From: Blastocatellia bacterium | GTDB lineage: Bacteria > Acidobacteriota > Blastocatellia > UBA7656 | Length of the DNA stretch: 64,000 nt | Assembly: GCA_963765495.1 (NCBI GenBank) | Contig: CAVXWP010000001.1 | Coordinates: forward strand, 576,001-640,000 | Direction of reading: 5' to 3' | Shown: one piece after another, positions 7,284-17,151 of the stretch | How the letters are laid out: each line of letters starts with the position of its first letter | Position numbering within the stretch: position 1 is the first letter of the stretch | Program-made: the position numbers and the translations under genes | Notes under the pieces: generated by a model | Database searches by the model: none | Seen by the model: only the letters and a program-made list of their open reading frames with translations | Told to the model about the DNA's origin: nothing

Positions 7284-9938
7284 ATGGGCATACTCAATGT
7301 ACCTTCACGGCTGAGACGCGGCCTTGCGCTCTCGGCGGTTGCGATCGTTTCGGGTTGTTTGCAACCTCTCTTGCTCGTCAGCTTTGCTCAGGCCGCAAGG
7401 GCTTCGCAAAGAGCAAACCCCGCTTCATCTTCCGATAAAAGAGACGGCTCTCGCCCGCGCAGGGTCGAAGACGGCAAGCCGGGTTTTGCCGTTACGGAGC
7501 CGGTGATTCGCATAGGTCTGATGACCGATGTGAATTCCATCTCGTTAAGCTCTCCGTCGGGCCTGCTCGTGCGCCGCCAAACCACAGACCCGAGTGATGC
7601 GGATGATGATCAACAGGTGGCGGGCGAATTACGCTTCGAGGTGCGAAGACTGAGCCCCGCGATTGCTGAAACCCGCGCAGCCCCTCGCCCCGTCCGTGCG
7701 AGCGCGTCTGTGTATCGCGCCGAAGTGGCTCTCGTCTCGACCCCCCGCGATGCTCGCAAGATCACCGATAAGCTGGGGAAGAAGTTTTACGAACCTGCGA
7801 CAACCGTCTACAACGATTCGACCGGGCAATACCGCGTGTTGATCGGGCGATTCAGCGACCGTCGTCAGGCAAACAATCTGGTTGACAGGCTGCGAAGCGC
7901 GGGTTTCACCGATGCCATCGTCGCCCTTGATGTCAATACGGCCGAACAGAGCGCGGCAAAGAGTTTAGAGTCAAGAAATTCAGATCCCCGCTATAGATCA
8001 AAACCGGCGAGCAAATCCGACCGTTCAGCCATTCGCGCTGACGCTCAGGACGTGAAAGACTCGCCTCAGAACAAATCTCAACAGGTAGTCGCATTCGAAG
8101 CAGACAAAATGATCACCTCAAGCGAAGCTGCGATAATAGTCGTGGCTGCCGATTCGGCAACGGACCGCAAAAGCGCGACAGGAGTAAGCTATCGGGCTGC
8201 GAATTATGAAGCGAGAGACGCGGCCCGCGAAGATAATCGCGCTGCGCTATCTGAAAGGCCGCCGCTCGTTAAGGTAGGCAAGACGGAATATCGCGGAGAG
8301 ATTCGCCTGATGCTCAACGAGCGCGGGCGGATAAACGTAGTCAACGTTTTGCCAATCGAATTGTATCTGCGCGGCGTCGTCCCCGAGGAGCTTCCGCCCG
8401 GCGCGTTCCCGGCTATCGAGGCGCTGAAGGCGCAGGCGGTCGCCGCCCGGACCTACGCTATGTCGCATATAAATCGTTATCAAAAGGAGGGCTTCGATCT
8501 GCGCGATGATGCTCGCTCGCAGGTATACGGAGGCTATTCGGCCGAGCAGCATTTGACAAACCGCGCCATAGAAGAGACCCGAGGCGTACTCGCGCTCTAT
8601 GAAGATGCAACAGGCCACCTTGCGCCCATCGAAGCGCTATACACATCAACCTGCGGCGGGCGGACTGAAAACAGCGAAGCCATCTTTCTGACCGACCCTG
8701 TTCCTTATCTGCGTTCGGTGGAATGCGCGCCCGACAGCCCTGTCGCCATCAGCCGCGAAATCAAAAGCAACTGGATGCCGGAACCGCTCACGGGCGCGGA
8801 CGGTCGCCTGCTCACTCGCGAAGTGGCATTGCTTGAGGTGCTCGGGTTTTCGCTTCCGCGCCGTGTGACAAAAGATTACTTGCGCGATTCGCCCGATCGA
8901 GACGAGACGCGGGGCTGGATAGAAAACGCGGCCCGTGTGATAGGACAGGCAAAGCTACAGCTTCCAAAAACGGACCTGTCGCGGCTGCCCGCGTTCGCCT
9001 CCGCGCTCGCTGTTGCTATTTATGGCGAACGCCGCGCAAGTTCGCTGCTCACACCGGCAGATGTGGATTATGTGATGGAGGGGATTGCAAACGAAGATGT
9101 GCCGCGTGATATGCGCGCCGATATAGCACTGCTGCTGAAGGAGGGACTGCTCCGGCTGCCTGCAAACGATAAGTTGAGCGCGCGCACTACGATCACACGC
9201 GGCTATGCGATAGAGACTATAGCGCGCGCCCTTCTGCTTAAGGCTCCGGCTTCGACATCGAGGTTTCAGGCGGGGCTTGTGCAATCGGTCAGAGACAATC
9301 GCGTATTGTTTAGCCAGCCAGGCGGATCGAAATCGAAGACGATAGACGACAAAAGCGAGGGGCTTGAAATAGAAAAAGGGGCGTGGTTGTTCCGCCGTCT
9401 TGGCGCTGAGAGCTACTCGGTTGACCATCTGAAATTGATAGGCAGCGAGCGCGTGGCTTATCACCTGAACGCAAACGGGCGGATTGACTTTCTCGAAGCC
9501 GAGCTTGCCGAACGCGGCGCATCAAGCGACAGCGGTTCAAGCGTATCCGAATGGCGTGAGCGCGTCAGCGTAGAAGATATGCAGAAGAGGCTCGCTCGTG
9601 CGGGCGTGAGCGCGGGCGAATTGCAAGACCTCGACCCCGTAGGGTACGGAGTTTCGAACCGCGTGATCGAGTTAAACGTGATAGGCAGCAAAGGCAGCGC
9701 GCGGCTTCGCGGCTACAAGATACGCACGGCGCTCGGTCTGAAAGAAAACCTCTTTGTGATAGACCGCGAGCGCGACGATCAGGGCCGCATCAAAGCATTC
9801 ATATTTACGGGGCGCGGCTGGGGTCACGGAGTCGGCATGTGCCAGACCGGAGCCTACGGCCTGGCAAAAGAAGGCTATTCCTACAGGGACATTCTCCAAA
9901 AATACTACACGGGGATAAAGGTGCAGCGCGCCTACTAG
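7284..9938 (+). CDS. SpoIID/LytB domain lytic transglycosylase with SPOR domain
   Basis: YLRGVVPEE, ALKAQAVAARTY, QVYGG, STCGGRTE, GWGHGVGMCQ; SPOR-like YRVLIGRFSDR.QA..L..RL..AG. Confidence 0.9.
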   Translation: MGILNVPSRLRRGLALSAVAIVSGCLQPLLLVSFAQAARASQRANPASSSDKRDGSRPRRVEDGKPGFAVTEPVIRIGLMTDVNSISLSSPSGLLVRRQTTDPSDADDDQQVAGELRFEVRRLSPAIAETRAAPRPVRASASVYRAEVALVSTPRDARKITDKLGKKFYEPATTVYNDSTGQYRVLIGRFSDRRQANNLVDRLRSAGFTDAIVALDVNTAEQSAAKSLESRNSDPRYRSKPASKSDRSAIRADAQDVKDSPQNKSQQVVAFEADKMITSSEAAIIVVAADSATDRKSATGVSYRAANYEARDAAREDNRAALSERPPLVKVGKTEYRGEIRLMLNERGRINVVNVLPIELYLRGVVPEELPPGAFPAIEALKAQAVAARTYAMSHINRYQKEGFDLRDDARSQVYGGYSAEQHLTNRAIEETRGVLALYEDATGHLAPIEALYTSTCGGRTENSEAIFLTDPVPYLRSVECAPDSPVAISREIKSNWMPEPLTGADGRLLTREVALLEVLGFSLPRRVTKDYLRDSPDRDETRGWIENAARVIGQAKLQLPKTDLSRLPAFASALAVAIYGERRASSLLTPADVDYVMEGIANEDVPRDMRADIALLLKEGLLRLPANDKLSARTTITRGYAIETIARALLLKAPASTSRFQAGLVQSVRDNRVLFSQPGGSKSKTIDDKSEGLEIEKGAWLFRRLGAESYSVDHLKLIGSERVAYHLNANGRIDFLEAELAERGASSDSGSSVSEWRERVSVEDMQKRLARAGVSAGELQDLDPVGYGVSNRVIELNVIGSKGSARLRGYKIRTALGLKENLFVIDRERDDQGRIKAFIFTGRGWGHGVGMCQTGAYGLAKEGYSYRDILQKYYTGIKVQRAY

Positions 9939-10096
9939 GCAGTAGGTAGTAGGCAGTTTTTTAAGGATACATATCGCTTTCCAGCCAACTGCATGATCAG
10001 AGCAATTGGAATAGGCCACGGATGACGCAGATCAGACGGATTTACGCGGATCGGATCATGCCTTCAATATAACTGCCTACTGCCTACCGCCTACTG
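9937..10096. repeat. Heptamer (GGCAGTA)-armed palindrome between convergent genes, enclosing one nonamer-family arm (10008-10052)
   Basis: AGGCAGTAGGTAGTAGGCAGTT pairs with AACTGCCTACTGCCTACCGCCTACTG; both arms overlap the flanking stop codons. Confidence 0.8.
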
Positions 10097-11387
10097 TTTG
10101 TGGTCCTTGGGGGATAGGGATTCCGAAATTTACCGGAGCGCGCGGACCGCGATAAATCAGAGTAATGTCGCCGAGCCGCACCTCATATCCGTCGAGTAGC
10201 CACTGCTCGCTCACGCGCTTTCCGTTGACGTAAGTCCCGTTGGTTGATTGCAGATCGCTTATGTAAAAATAGCCGGTCGGGTGCCAGATCACGCGCGCGT
10301 GATGTTTCGATACGGAAGGGTGGTCTATCACAAATTCATTGTCGAGCGTCTTGCCTACGTTGACCTGTGCGCGATTGATGACAAACAACACTTCTTCCAT
10401 ACCTGTTTGACTCACCCCGATGAAATGCGGCTGTTGCAGATGAGGAGCCTGCGGAGCCCACGGATTTTGAGCCGCCGCGCGAGGCACTTCAAAGGTCGCG
10501 CCGCAGAAGGTACAAAACCTTGCGCCCGGCACACACTGCCTCCCGCAAGAGCGGCACTGGCGATGAAATCCCTGACTGGCCGCGTTGGCCTGCGGCAAGC
10601 GATTTCCGCAGGCCACGCATTGCGCGCCGGAAAGCCCTATGGCTCCGCACTGCTCACAGTTAACAGGAAGCGTGAGCAACTGCGTGCCTGCGCGATGCGG
10701 CGAACGTTTTACCGCGCGGATGATGCTCACCTCTACATAGACAAACATCAGAACCATCAGCAGCAACACGAGCAGCGCCACTGCCACGCCGCCCAGCACA
10801 TTTGTGGAACTGAGCAGCGTGTCGAACAGACCGTGCATGAAGGCGGCCAGCAGCCAGCCTCCGATCAATATTCTTGCGCGCTTGCCCGGGAGGTTTGACG
10901 AAGCCTTTGCCCGGCTCATCGCAAGCCCCCAGAACGCGGCAAAAAAGGCGTGTCCGGGATTCGACAGCGGAGCGCGAAGCAGTATAACTCCCTGACCTGC
11001 CTGCGACAGGTAAAGTATATTTTCGATTGCCGCGAAACCGAGCGCCGCCGCCGCGCTGTAGACCACTCCATCGGCCGGTTCATCGAAATAGGAAAGGCGA
11101 TAGGCATAAAGGAAAACGGCGAGGAATTTCAATCCTTCCTCGACCGGCCCCACAACAGAAAAGAACATCGCAGCCTTGCCCAACTCTTCGCCGAATACTG
11201 ATCCGAAAACCAGATAGACAAACGAGCCCAGAAGTGTGTTGAGGATAAAGGCGGGGATAGTGGCGAGCGCCCCGGCGGCAAATGTCCCGGCCACATGGCG
11301 GATCGGCTCGCGGTCATACCAGTCCTGAATATAGAAGAACGCGAGCCAGATCAAACAGGGAAAGATTGAAAGGACTAAAGTAAGCAT
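10077..11387 (-). CDS. PrsW-family intramembrane protease fused to double zinc ribbon and FHA domain
   Basis: EEGLK, FAAIEN, H, HGLFD PrsW motifs; four CxxC pairs; FHA GK..SKHH..STNGTYVNG. Confidence 0.9.
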   Translation of the reverse strand: MLTLVLSIFPCLIWLAFFYIQDWYDREPIRHVAGTFAAGALATIPAFILNTLLGSFVYLVFGSVFGEELGKAAMFFSVVGPVEEGLKFLAVFLYAYRLSYFDEPADGVVYSAAAALGFAAIENILYLSQAGQGVILLRAPLSNPGHAFFAAFWGLAMSRAKASSNLPGKRARILIGGWLLAAFMHGLFDTLLSSTNVLGGVAVALLVLLLMVLMFVYVEVSIIRAVKRSPHRAGTQLLTLPVNCEQCGAIGLSGAQCVACGNRLPQANAASQGFHRQCRSCGRQCVPGARFCTFCGATFEVPRAAAQNPWAPQAPHLQQPHFIGVSQTGMEEVLFVINRAQVNVGKTLDNEFVIDHPSVSKHHARVIWHPTGYFYISDLQSTNGTYVNGKRVSEQWLLDGYEVRLGDITLIYRGPRAPVNFGIPIPQGPQTVGGRQ

Positions 11388-11393
11388 ATTAGA

Positions 11394-11550
11394 AAGGATG
11401 AAGGATGAAGGATTTCAGAAGGGATGAGGGGTGAGGGATGAGGGATGAAAAAGAGTCTAAGGGCATATTCCGATTAGGTGTTTTGACCAATTATCGGAGT
11501 TTTCCCCTACAGTCCTTTTCATCCCTCATCGCTCACCCCTCATCCCTCAC
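11394..11550. repeat. Heptamer (GGGATGA)-armed palindromic element, homologous to 61944-62052
   Basis: GAGGGATGAGGGATGAAAA...TTTTCATCCCTCATC; internal core aligns with the reverse complement of the 61944 copy. Confidence 0.85.
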
Positions 11551-11551
11551 C

Positions 11552-13273
11552 TTACTCTGTACGCTTAATTATCATCAGCGTCATGTCATCGACAGGCGCT
11601 GTGGTGCCGACGAAACGCGACAGCGCCTCGTCTATGCGGTCGCGGATGCCGGAGGCCGAGCGGTGCATATTGTTCTTGATCACATCCAGCAGCCGCCAGT
11701 CCTCGAACTCTTCATCTCGTTCGTTCACAGATTCCGTGATGCCGTCGCTGTAGATAACCAGCACATCGCCCGGCTCAAGCGTCACCGAGTCTTCCTCATA
11801 CGTGGTTCCCTTCATCAACCCTACGGGCAGACCGCCCTTGTCAAGCCCGAGCACCTCGCCCGTCCTGCGCACGAGTATCGGAGTGTTATGGCCACCGTTG
11901 GCATAGGTGAGACGGCCCGTCAACGGGTCAAGTTCGCTATAGAAAAGCGTGAGGTATTTGTTTGAAGGCGAATTTTCCTGGATATATTGATTGATCTCGG
12001 CCATCACTTCGCTGATCGAGGCAAGCACCTGCGATTGCGCGCGCACTGCCGCGTGTAGCGACGACATCAAAAGCGCCGCGCCCGTACCCTTGCCCGACAC
12101 ATCGCCCACGGCCAGAATCAGGCGATTGTCGCGCTTGCGATAGATGTAATCGTAATAATCTCCGCCTATTTCGCGACAGGGAAAGGAGACAGCCGTCATG
12201 TCCCAGCCCGCAAGAGCCGGAGCCTCGACAGGCTGCAACCGCATCTGGATTTCGCTTGCGACCTTCAGTTCTTCTTCCATCCGCCGCTTTTCCATGCGCT
12301 CTTCGAGCAGGCGCTCGTGCTCGATCTTGATGCTTGCGACGGAGGCGATAGTGGTCAACACGTTGAGGTCCTGTTCGGTAAAACGGCTGTCGAAGGGATT
12401 ATCTACGTAGATCATGCCAAAGGTCTCTTCGCCTGAGGCAAGAGGGACGGCCATCACAGAGCGAATCTGGCTGAGCACCACGGAATTCTGAGACTGAAAG
12501 CGCGGATCGTGCATGGCATCTGAGGTAAGCACGCTGGCTTTTTCGCCTACGACCTTGTTTGTGATCGAGCGACTTATCTGGACCTGCGAGGCTGTGGGCA
12601 GAGCACCGACGTGGCCGCCACGCGCTATCTTGCAACTGAGGTCGTCGCCTTCTTTGAGAAAGAGAAACCCGCGCTCGGCGGGCACGGCCTGAAAGACTAT
12701 GTCTATGGTCATCTTCAAGGTATCTTCGAGCGAGGTCGTGGGAAGCAGGGCCACGCCTACCTGAGAGACTATGCTCAGAAGGTCGCGTCCCGTCGTATCG
12801 GCCGCCATCACGGTTTGCGCGCCCGCAACTCTACGCATTTCGCCCGAGATCTGTCCCGATTGAATCGAAGAGATCAAATCGGTAGTTGCGCGATTTGGTA
12901 TTGACGCGGTTATTGTATCGGCAGGGAGGCGAGCGGCATCCGGCCCCGAAAGAAAGACGGTCGCGCCCGACAGCATCGCCTGGTCGCCCGAGGCAAACTC
13001 TATTTCGGTTTCGCCTATGCGAATGACATCGCCTACGTGAAGTTGCACGGTCCCGCTCACGCGATGCCCGTTCAGGAAAGTGCCGTTGGCGCTGCCTCTA
13101 TCAACGAGAACCACGTGATCGTTTTCGTTGAGGAGTTCGGCGTGGAGGCGGGAGGCAAAGGGGTCGCCTATACAGATGTCGTTGCGCGAGGAGCGGCCTA
13201 TCGTCAGCCTCATCTTGTTCAGCTTGACGACTGACGGCTCATAATCTTTTGGTCGAACGATGAAAGTTGACAT
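11552..13273 (-). CDS. FHA-GAF-SpoIIE (RsbU-like PP2C) phosphatase
   Basis: FHA GRS..SRLH..SANGT; GAF RSVMAVPL..GMIYVD; PP2C GGDYYD, GDVSGKG, YSDG, DDMT. Confidence 0.92.
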   Translation of the reverse strand: MSTFIVRPKDYEPSVVKLNKMRLTIGRSSRNDICIGDPFASRLHAELLNENDHVVLVDRGSANGTFLNGHRVSGTVQLHVGDVIRIGETEIEFASGDQAMLSGATVFLSGPDAARLPADTITASIPNRATTDLISSIQSGQISGEMRRVAGAQTVMAADTTGRDLLSIVSQVGVALLPTTSLEDTLKMTIDIVFQAVPAERGFLFLKEGDDLSCKIARGGHVGALPTASQVQISRSITNKVVGEKASVLTSDAMHDPRFQSQNSVVLSQIRSVMAVPLASGEETFGMIYVDNPFDSRFTEQDLNVLTTIASVASIKIEHERLLEERMEKRRMEEELKVASEIQMRLQPVEAPALAGWDMTAVSFPCREIGGDYYDYIYRKRDNRLILAVGDVSGKGTGAALLMSSLHAAVRAQSQVLASISEVMAEINQYIQENSPSNKYLTLFYSELDPLTGRLTYANGGHNTPILVRRTGEVLGLDKGGLPVGLMKGTTYEEDSVTLEPGDVLVIYSDGITESVNERDEEFEDWRLLDVIKNNMHRSASGIRDRIDEALSRFVGTTAPVDDMTLMIIKRTE

Positions 13274-13282
13274 AGAAAATAC

Positions 13283-13387
13283 CGTGATGCGTGATTAGTG
13301 ATGCGTGAAACGTGATTTACCAGAACGGCAAGCTGTCTTTAACAGCCACCTGCCTGAAAATCACGAATCACGAATCGCGAATCACTA
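13283..13387. repeat. Heptamer (CGTGATG)-armed palindromic element
   Basis: CGTGATGCGTGA... pairs with TCACGAATCACGAATC; core similar to copies at 19180, 21323, 47540. Confidence 0.85.
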
Positions 13388-13388
13388 A

Positions 13389-14162
13389 TTATCTCGATAC
13401 CACAACCAGAGTGTGGGCGAGTTTGTCGTGCCAGCCCTGCTGACGCTTATCCCACAGTATCCACAGGAAACCGAGCGAGAAGCCTATCAACGAGAGCGGA
13501 TAACCGATGAGGTGGCGCACCATTGCGTCCTTTCGGGTAAAGGGACTGCCGTCTGTGCGCACTATTCGGATGCCGAGAATGCGCATGCCTGCGCTTTGCC
13601 CGTTGAACCCGGCGAAGACGACAAAATTCAATATGAACAGCAACAGTGTCATCAGCAAAACGATTAAGAGATCGCGATTAGAGCCGACCACCGATTTATG
13701 GCTCAACGCCGTTATGATGAACGTAAAGGTCATCATCGCAATGAGCGTAATCAGAAAGTCGAACATCCACGCGCCGTAGCGCAGCCCGAATCCAGCCTGC
13801 TCAAGCCTGCCGACCAGCGAGTGCGTGGGCGGAGCAAGTCGCCCCGAGGCTACGCGAGTTGCGACCGTGCGGGGGCCGGTTCGCGAGATCGAGGAGCGCG
13901 CAGGCGTTTCGGCCACAGGCTGAGCCGATCTGTTTGCGGAAGTTCGGGCGCTGTCGGATTGCGGGCGAGCCGACGGTTCTACGCCAAGAGCGGTGGTATC
14001 GCGACGTCCGGGCGAAGCCTTACCGCATTGCGGGCAGAATTTTGACCGCGCTCCGAGTTCTCTGCCGCAGTATGGACAGAAACGGGGGTGGTTGACCGCC
14101 TTGTGGTCGCTCCCCTTGTGCTCAACCCCTTCCGGCATCAAAGGATTTCTCTCTCCGCTCAA
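13389..14162 (-). CDS. Zinc ribbon + RDD family membrane protein
   Basis: CPYC..CPQC; RYGAWMFD, GQSAGMRILGIRIV, WHDKLA RDD motifs; start could be 14138. Confidence 0.88.
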   Translation of the reverse strand: MSGERNPLMPEGVEHKGSDHKAVNHPRFCPYCGRELGARSKFCPQCGKASPGRRDTTALGVEPSARPQSDSARTSANRSAQPVAETPARSSISRTGPRTVATRVASGRLAPPTHSLVGRLEQAGFGLRYGAWMFDFLITLIAMMTFTFIITALSHKSVVGSNRDLLIVLLMTLLLFILNFVVFAGFNGQSAGMRILGIRIVRTDGSPFTRKDAMVRHLIGYPLSLIGFSLGFLWILWDKRQQGWHDKLAHTLVVVSR

Positions 14163-14178
14163 TAAAGACTAACTTACC

Positions 14179-15807
14179 TCAGACGATCATGAATTTCAAA
14201 GTGGTTCCGCCGAGCTTAAGCTCGTCACCGACGGAGAGCACACGCGGAGACTTGGTGTTGAGTCTTATGGAACCGCCGCTGATTGAGTTGATTATTGTGC
14301 CGTTGACAGAACCGAGGTCTTCTACGAGAAACTGCTCGCCCTGGCGATATATTCTTGCGTGACGGCGCGATACCTTTGTCTCGGGGTCGTGCATGGTCAG
14401 GTCGATCTCCGGGAATATCCCCGTATGCGGATCGGTGCGTCCTATGAGAACGCTCTCTTTGTCTATCATGAAAGGCTTTACCATGTCGGTAGTACCCACG
14501 ACTACGAGTTGAGCCGTCACGCGCCCTGCCGGGGTGAGTCCGGTTCCCGTCCCTAGAGGCGCGCCGCTGTTTGCAATCGGCTGCCGAGACCCGCAATGGG
14601 CGCAGTACACATCTTCCGCCCCGATCTTTTCTCCACAGTGGCCGCAAAAGACCCAGTCGGTTCCGGGTCCAGCCGCAGACGAAGTGGCGGCGGGCGCTCC
14701 GGCGCGGGACTCGCTTGCGGCTTCAAGCCTCGCAGACGAAGCCGTGCTTGCCGCGCGCTCTCTGGACGGCACAGGCCCAGGCGCGGGGGACTCGGCCCGG
14801 CCTTCCATCATTTCGCTGTGCGCCTCCAATGCCTTCATAAATTCAAGCGCCGAGGCGGGCCGGTCTTCGGGCTTATGCGCCACCGACCTCATCAATAGCT
14901 CTTCCATCTCAGGCGTGATTTTAGGATTTATCTGAGACGGTCGAGGGTTCTTGCTGAAATCGAAAATGAGCAGCGGGTTGTCCTGCGGGTCGGAGCCTGT
15001 CAGCATGTGAAACATCGTGGCTCCGAGCGAGTAGAGGTCCGAGCGCGGCTCGACTTTACCGGCAAACAATTCAGGCGGCGCGTATCCCATAGTCCCTATC
15101 GCGGTCACGCCCTTTTCCGTAGGCCGGACTATACGGGCGATGCCGAAATCCACAAGCATGACGCGGCCCGTCCTGTCATCGAGCATCAGGTTTGCAGGCT
15201 TGAGATCGCGATAAATTATGGGCGGCTTCTGTGAATGTATGTAATGCAAAACATCACAGATTTGAACTGCCCATTTTGTGACCTTGCTCTCTTCGACCAG
15301 ACCACTATGATGGCGCATCTGATCGGCCAGATCGCCGCCGCCTATCCACCTCATTACGAGGTAATACCGCCCGCCTTCAATGAAGTAATCGAATATAGTG
15401 GGGATCGAGGGGTGATCGAGTTGCGCGAGCACTTCGGCCTCGCGTTTGAAGTCTTCGACGGCCTTGGCCCGCTGGCTCTGGTCGGCGAACATCTCGATCA
15501 TTTCCTTTACGGCGCATAGCCGGTCGGCGAGGCGTTTGTCGCGTGCTTGATAGACGCTCCCCATGCCGCCCCCGCCCACGCGTTTGACGATAGAGTATCT
15601 ATCCAGTAAAAGAGTGCCCGGCTCAAGCTGATTGCCGGCCGACTTTTTAGGTCTTTTCGACTCAGGCATACGATCCTCGCCGCGTCTTGCGCGCGCTGTT
15701 ACTACAATAGGGGGAGGTGGCAGAAAATCCGGGTCCTGTCTCGCGCCACACTCACCGCAAAATGGGTCTCCCGGCTGCACCTGAGAGCCGCATTCAGGAC
15801 AATACAT
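14179..15807 (-). CDS. Hanks-type Ser/Thr kinase with zinc ribbons and C-terminal FHA
   Basis: GGGGMGSV, AVK, YRDLKPAN, DFG, GTMGYAPPE; CPEC/CGEC and CGHC/CAHC; FHA SRRH..SVNGT. Confidence 0.95.
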   Translation of the reverse strand: MYCPECGSQVQPGDPFCGECGARQDPDFLPPPPIVVTARARRGEDRMPESKRPKKSAGNQLEPGTLLLDRYSIVKRVGGGGMGSVYQARDKRLADRLCAVKEMIEMFADQSQRAKAVEDFKREAEVLAQLDHPSIPTIFDYFIEGGRYYLVMRWIGGGDLADQMRHHSGLVEESKVTKWAVQICDVLHYIHSQKPPIIYRDLKPANLMLDDRTGRVMLVDFGIARIVRPTEKGVTAIGTMGYAPPELFAGKVEPRSDLYSLGATMFHMLTGSDPQDNPLLIFDFSKNPRPSQINPKITPEMEELLMRSVAHKPEDRPASALEFMKALEAHSEMMEGRAESPAPGPVPSRERAASTASSARLEAASESRAGAPAATSSAAGPGTDWVFCGHCGEKIGAEDVYCAHCGSRQPIANSGAPLGTGTGLTPAGRVTAQLVVVGTTDMVKPFMIDKESVLIGRTDPHTGIFPEIDLTMHDPETKVSRRHARIYRQGEQFLVEDLGSVNGTIINSISGGSIRLNTKSPRVLSVGDELKLGGTTLKFMIV

Positions 15808-15875
15808 ACCGCATGAAAAAAAGACCGTCCGAACAGATCAACCTTCCAGTGTCCAGTAATTCGGACGTTGTCCAT

Positions 15876-16721
15876 CTATCTGAGAATCTGAAACTTCAGA
15901 AAGGTTTTGCCGACGATAACCTCGTCACCATTCTGGAGCATGTGCCGTTTACCGGGCAGCAACCTCCGGCCGCGATTGACGAACGTGCCGTTGGTCGAGC
16001 CCAGGTCTTCGATGAAGTACTGCCCGTTATGATTGATGATGCGCGCGTGACGCCTGGAAATCTTCGCCTCCGGGTCGTCCTCGTCAAGGTCAACGTCGGG
16101 GAAGATCCCGCTGTCGGCGTCCCATCGCCCGATATTTGTCTCTATGCCGGTGATGGGAAATTCTCTGCCTATGCGACCGCCCCGCTCGATCATCAGCTTT
16201 GCGGTCACGCGCGGATTTGCCGACTGATGAGACTGCTGATTTTCAGAGCGCAATCCATCGGTCGCTCCGCGCCCCGACAGCACATAGGTCTGCGCCGAGC
16301 CTGCCGCGTTCGCCTCCGGCAGTTTCGGTTCGTTCGGCACGCGGTAATGATCCGGTCTGTTCGGGCGCGGCGCGGACCGCTCTTCCACATCATTACGGCG
16401 GTCACGTAGAAAACGAGGCTCTATATTGTCTGCCCCTTCTTCTTCGACTCTTTCCGGCGGCCTTTGATCTCTCGCAGGCATGGCCGGTTTCGGTATGCTC
16501 GTAGAGGTGGTAAACGACGGCGGAGTGGGCGGCGGCCCCTCTATGGTCCTTGATGACAGATGATCATTTTGCACGGCGCTCGGCGGCTGATAGATAGGCG
16601 GTTCGACACTATCACGAATATTGGGCGCGGGCGGCGGATTAGCTTCCAGTCTCATGCCGCACTCGTCACAATATTCGCTGCCGTCAATATTTTCTGTTCT
16701 ACAGTTATTGCACCTGATCAT
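15876..16721 (-). CDS. Zinc ribbon + disordered linker + FHA domain protein
   Basis: MIRCNNC..CDEC; GR..SRRH..STNGTFVN; GGAGG 9 nt before ATG 16721. Confidence 0.88.
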   Translation of the reverse strand: MIRCNNCRTENIDGSEYCDECGMRLEANPPPAPNIRDSVEPPIYQPPSAVQNDHLSSRTIEGPPPTPPSFTTSTSIPKPAMPARDQRPPERVEEEGADNIEPRFLRDRRNDVEERSAPRPNRPDHYRVPNEPKLPEANAAGSAQTYVLSGRGATDGLRSENQQSHQSANPRVTAKLMIERGGRIGREFPITGIETNIGRWDADSGIFPDVDLDEDDPEAKISRRHARIINHNGQYFIEDLGSTNGTFVNRGRRLLPGKRHMLQNGDEVIVGKTFLKFQILR

Positions 16722-17021
16722 TTGGCTGGGCCTCCGACCGCTACCGTTACCCAACAGATCCTCTACCGGCAGCAAACTAGATTATACTTCACACTTCCAG
16801 GCGGTCGCAATTCTTTGATTCGGATGGGCCTGTGCCCAAAGACGGCTCGGGTTCACGTCCCTAAAGCCTCGACACTAACGCTACGACGCAAAAGCGACGC
16901 CCTCAAGCGCTCAACGAGCGCGGCAACCTCGGTGATCGGAAACTTTTTCGGTAAAGGCTTCGCTAGTATTTAATCTCTATCTCAGGATAAAGGATATGAA
17001 TGGCCTCACCGTGTCATGCCG

Positions 17022-17107
17022 CCCAATCGGTTCCCCCAATCGGTTCCCCCAATCGGTTCCCCCAATCGGTTCTCCCAATCCGTTTCCCCAATCCGTTCGC
17101 CCCCAAT
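17022..17107. repeat. 13-bp tandem repeat (CCCAATCGGTTCC) x6 plus partial
   Basis: Three exact units, then three degenerate units, read directly. Confidence 0.9.
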
Positions 17108-17151
17108 ATATGATTACCCGAACCATTTTTCAACCCCTGATCGGAGACTGT

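Noticed and set aside
17022-17107. Tandem repeat ORFs (16996-17286, 17016-17318) or CRISPR
   Set aside because: Simple 13-bp tandem; the ORFs are translations of the repeat running antisense into sat.
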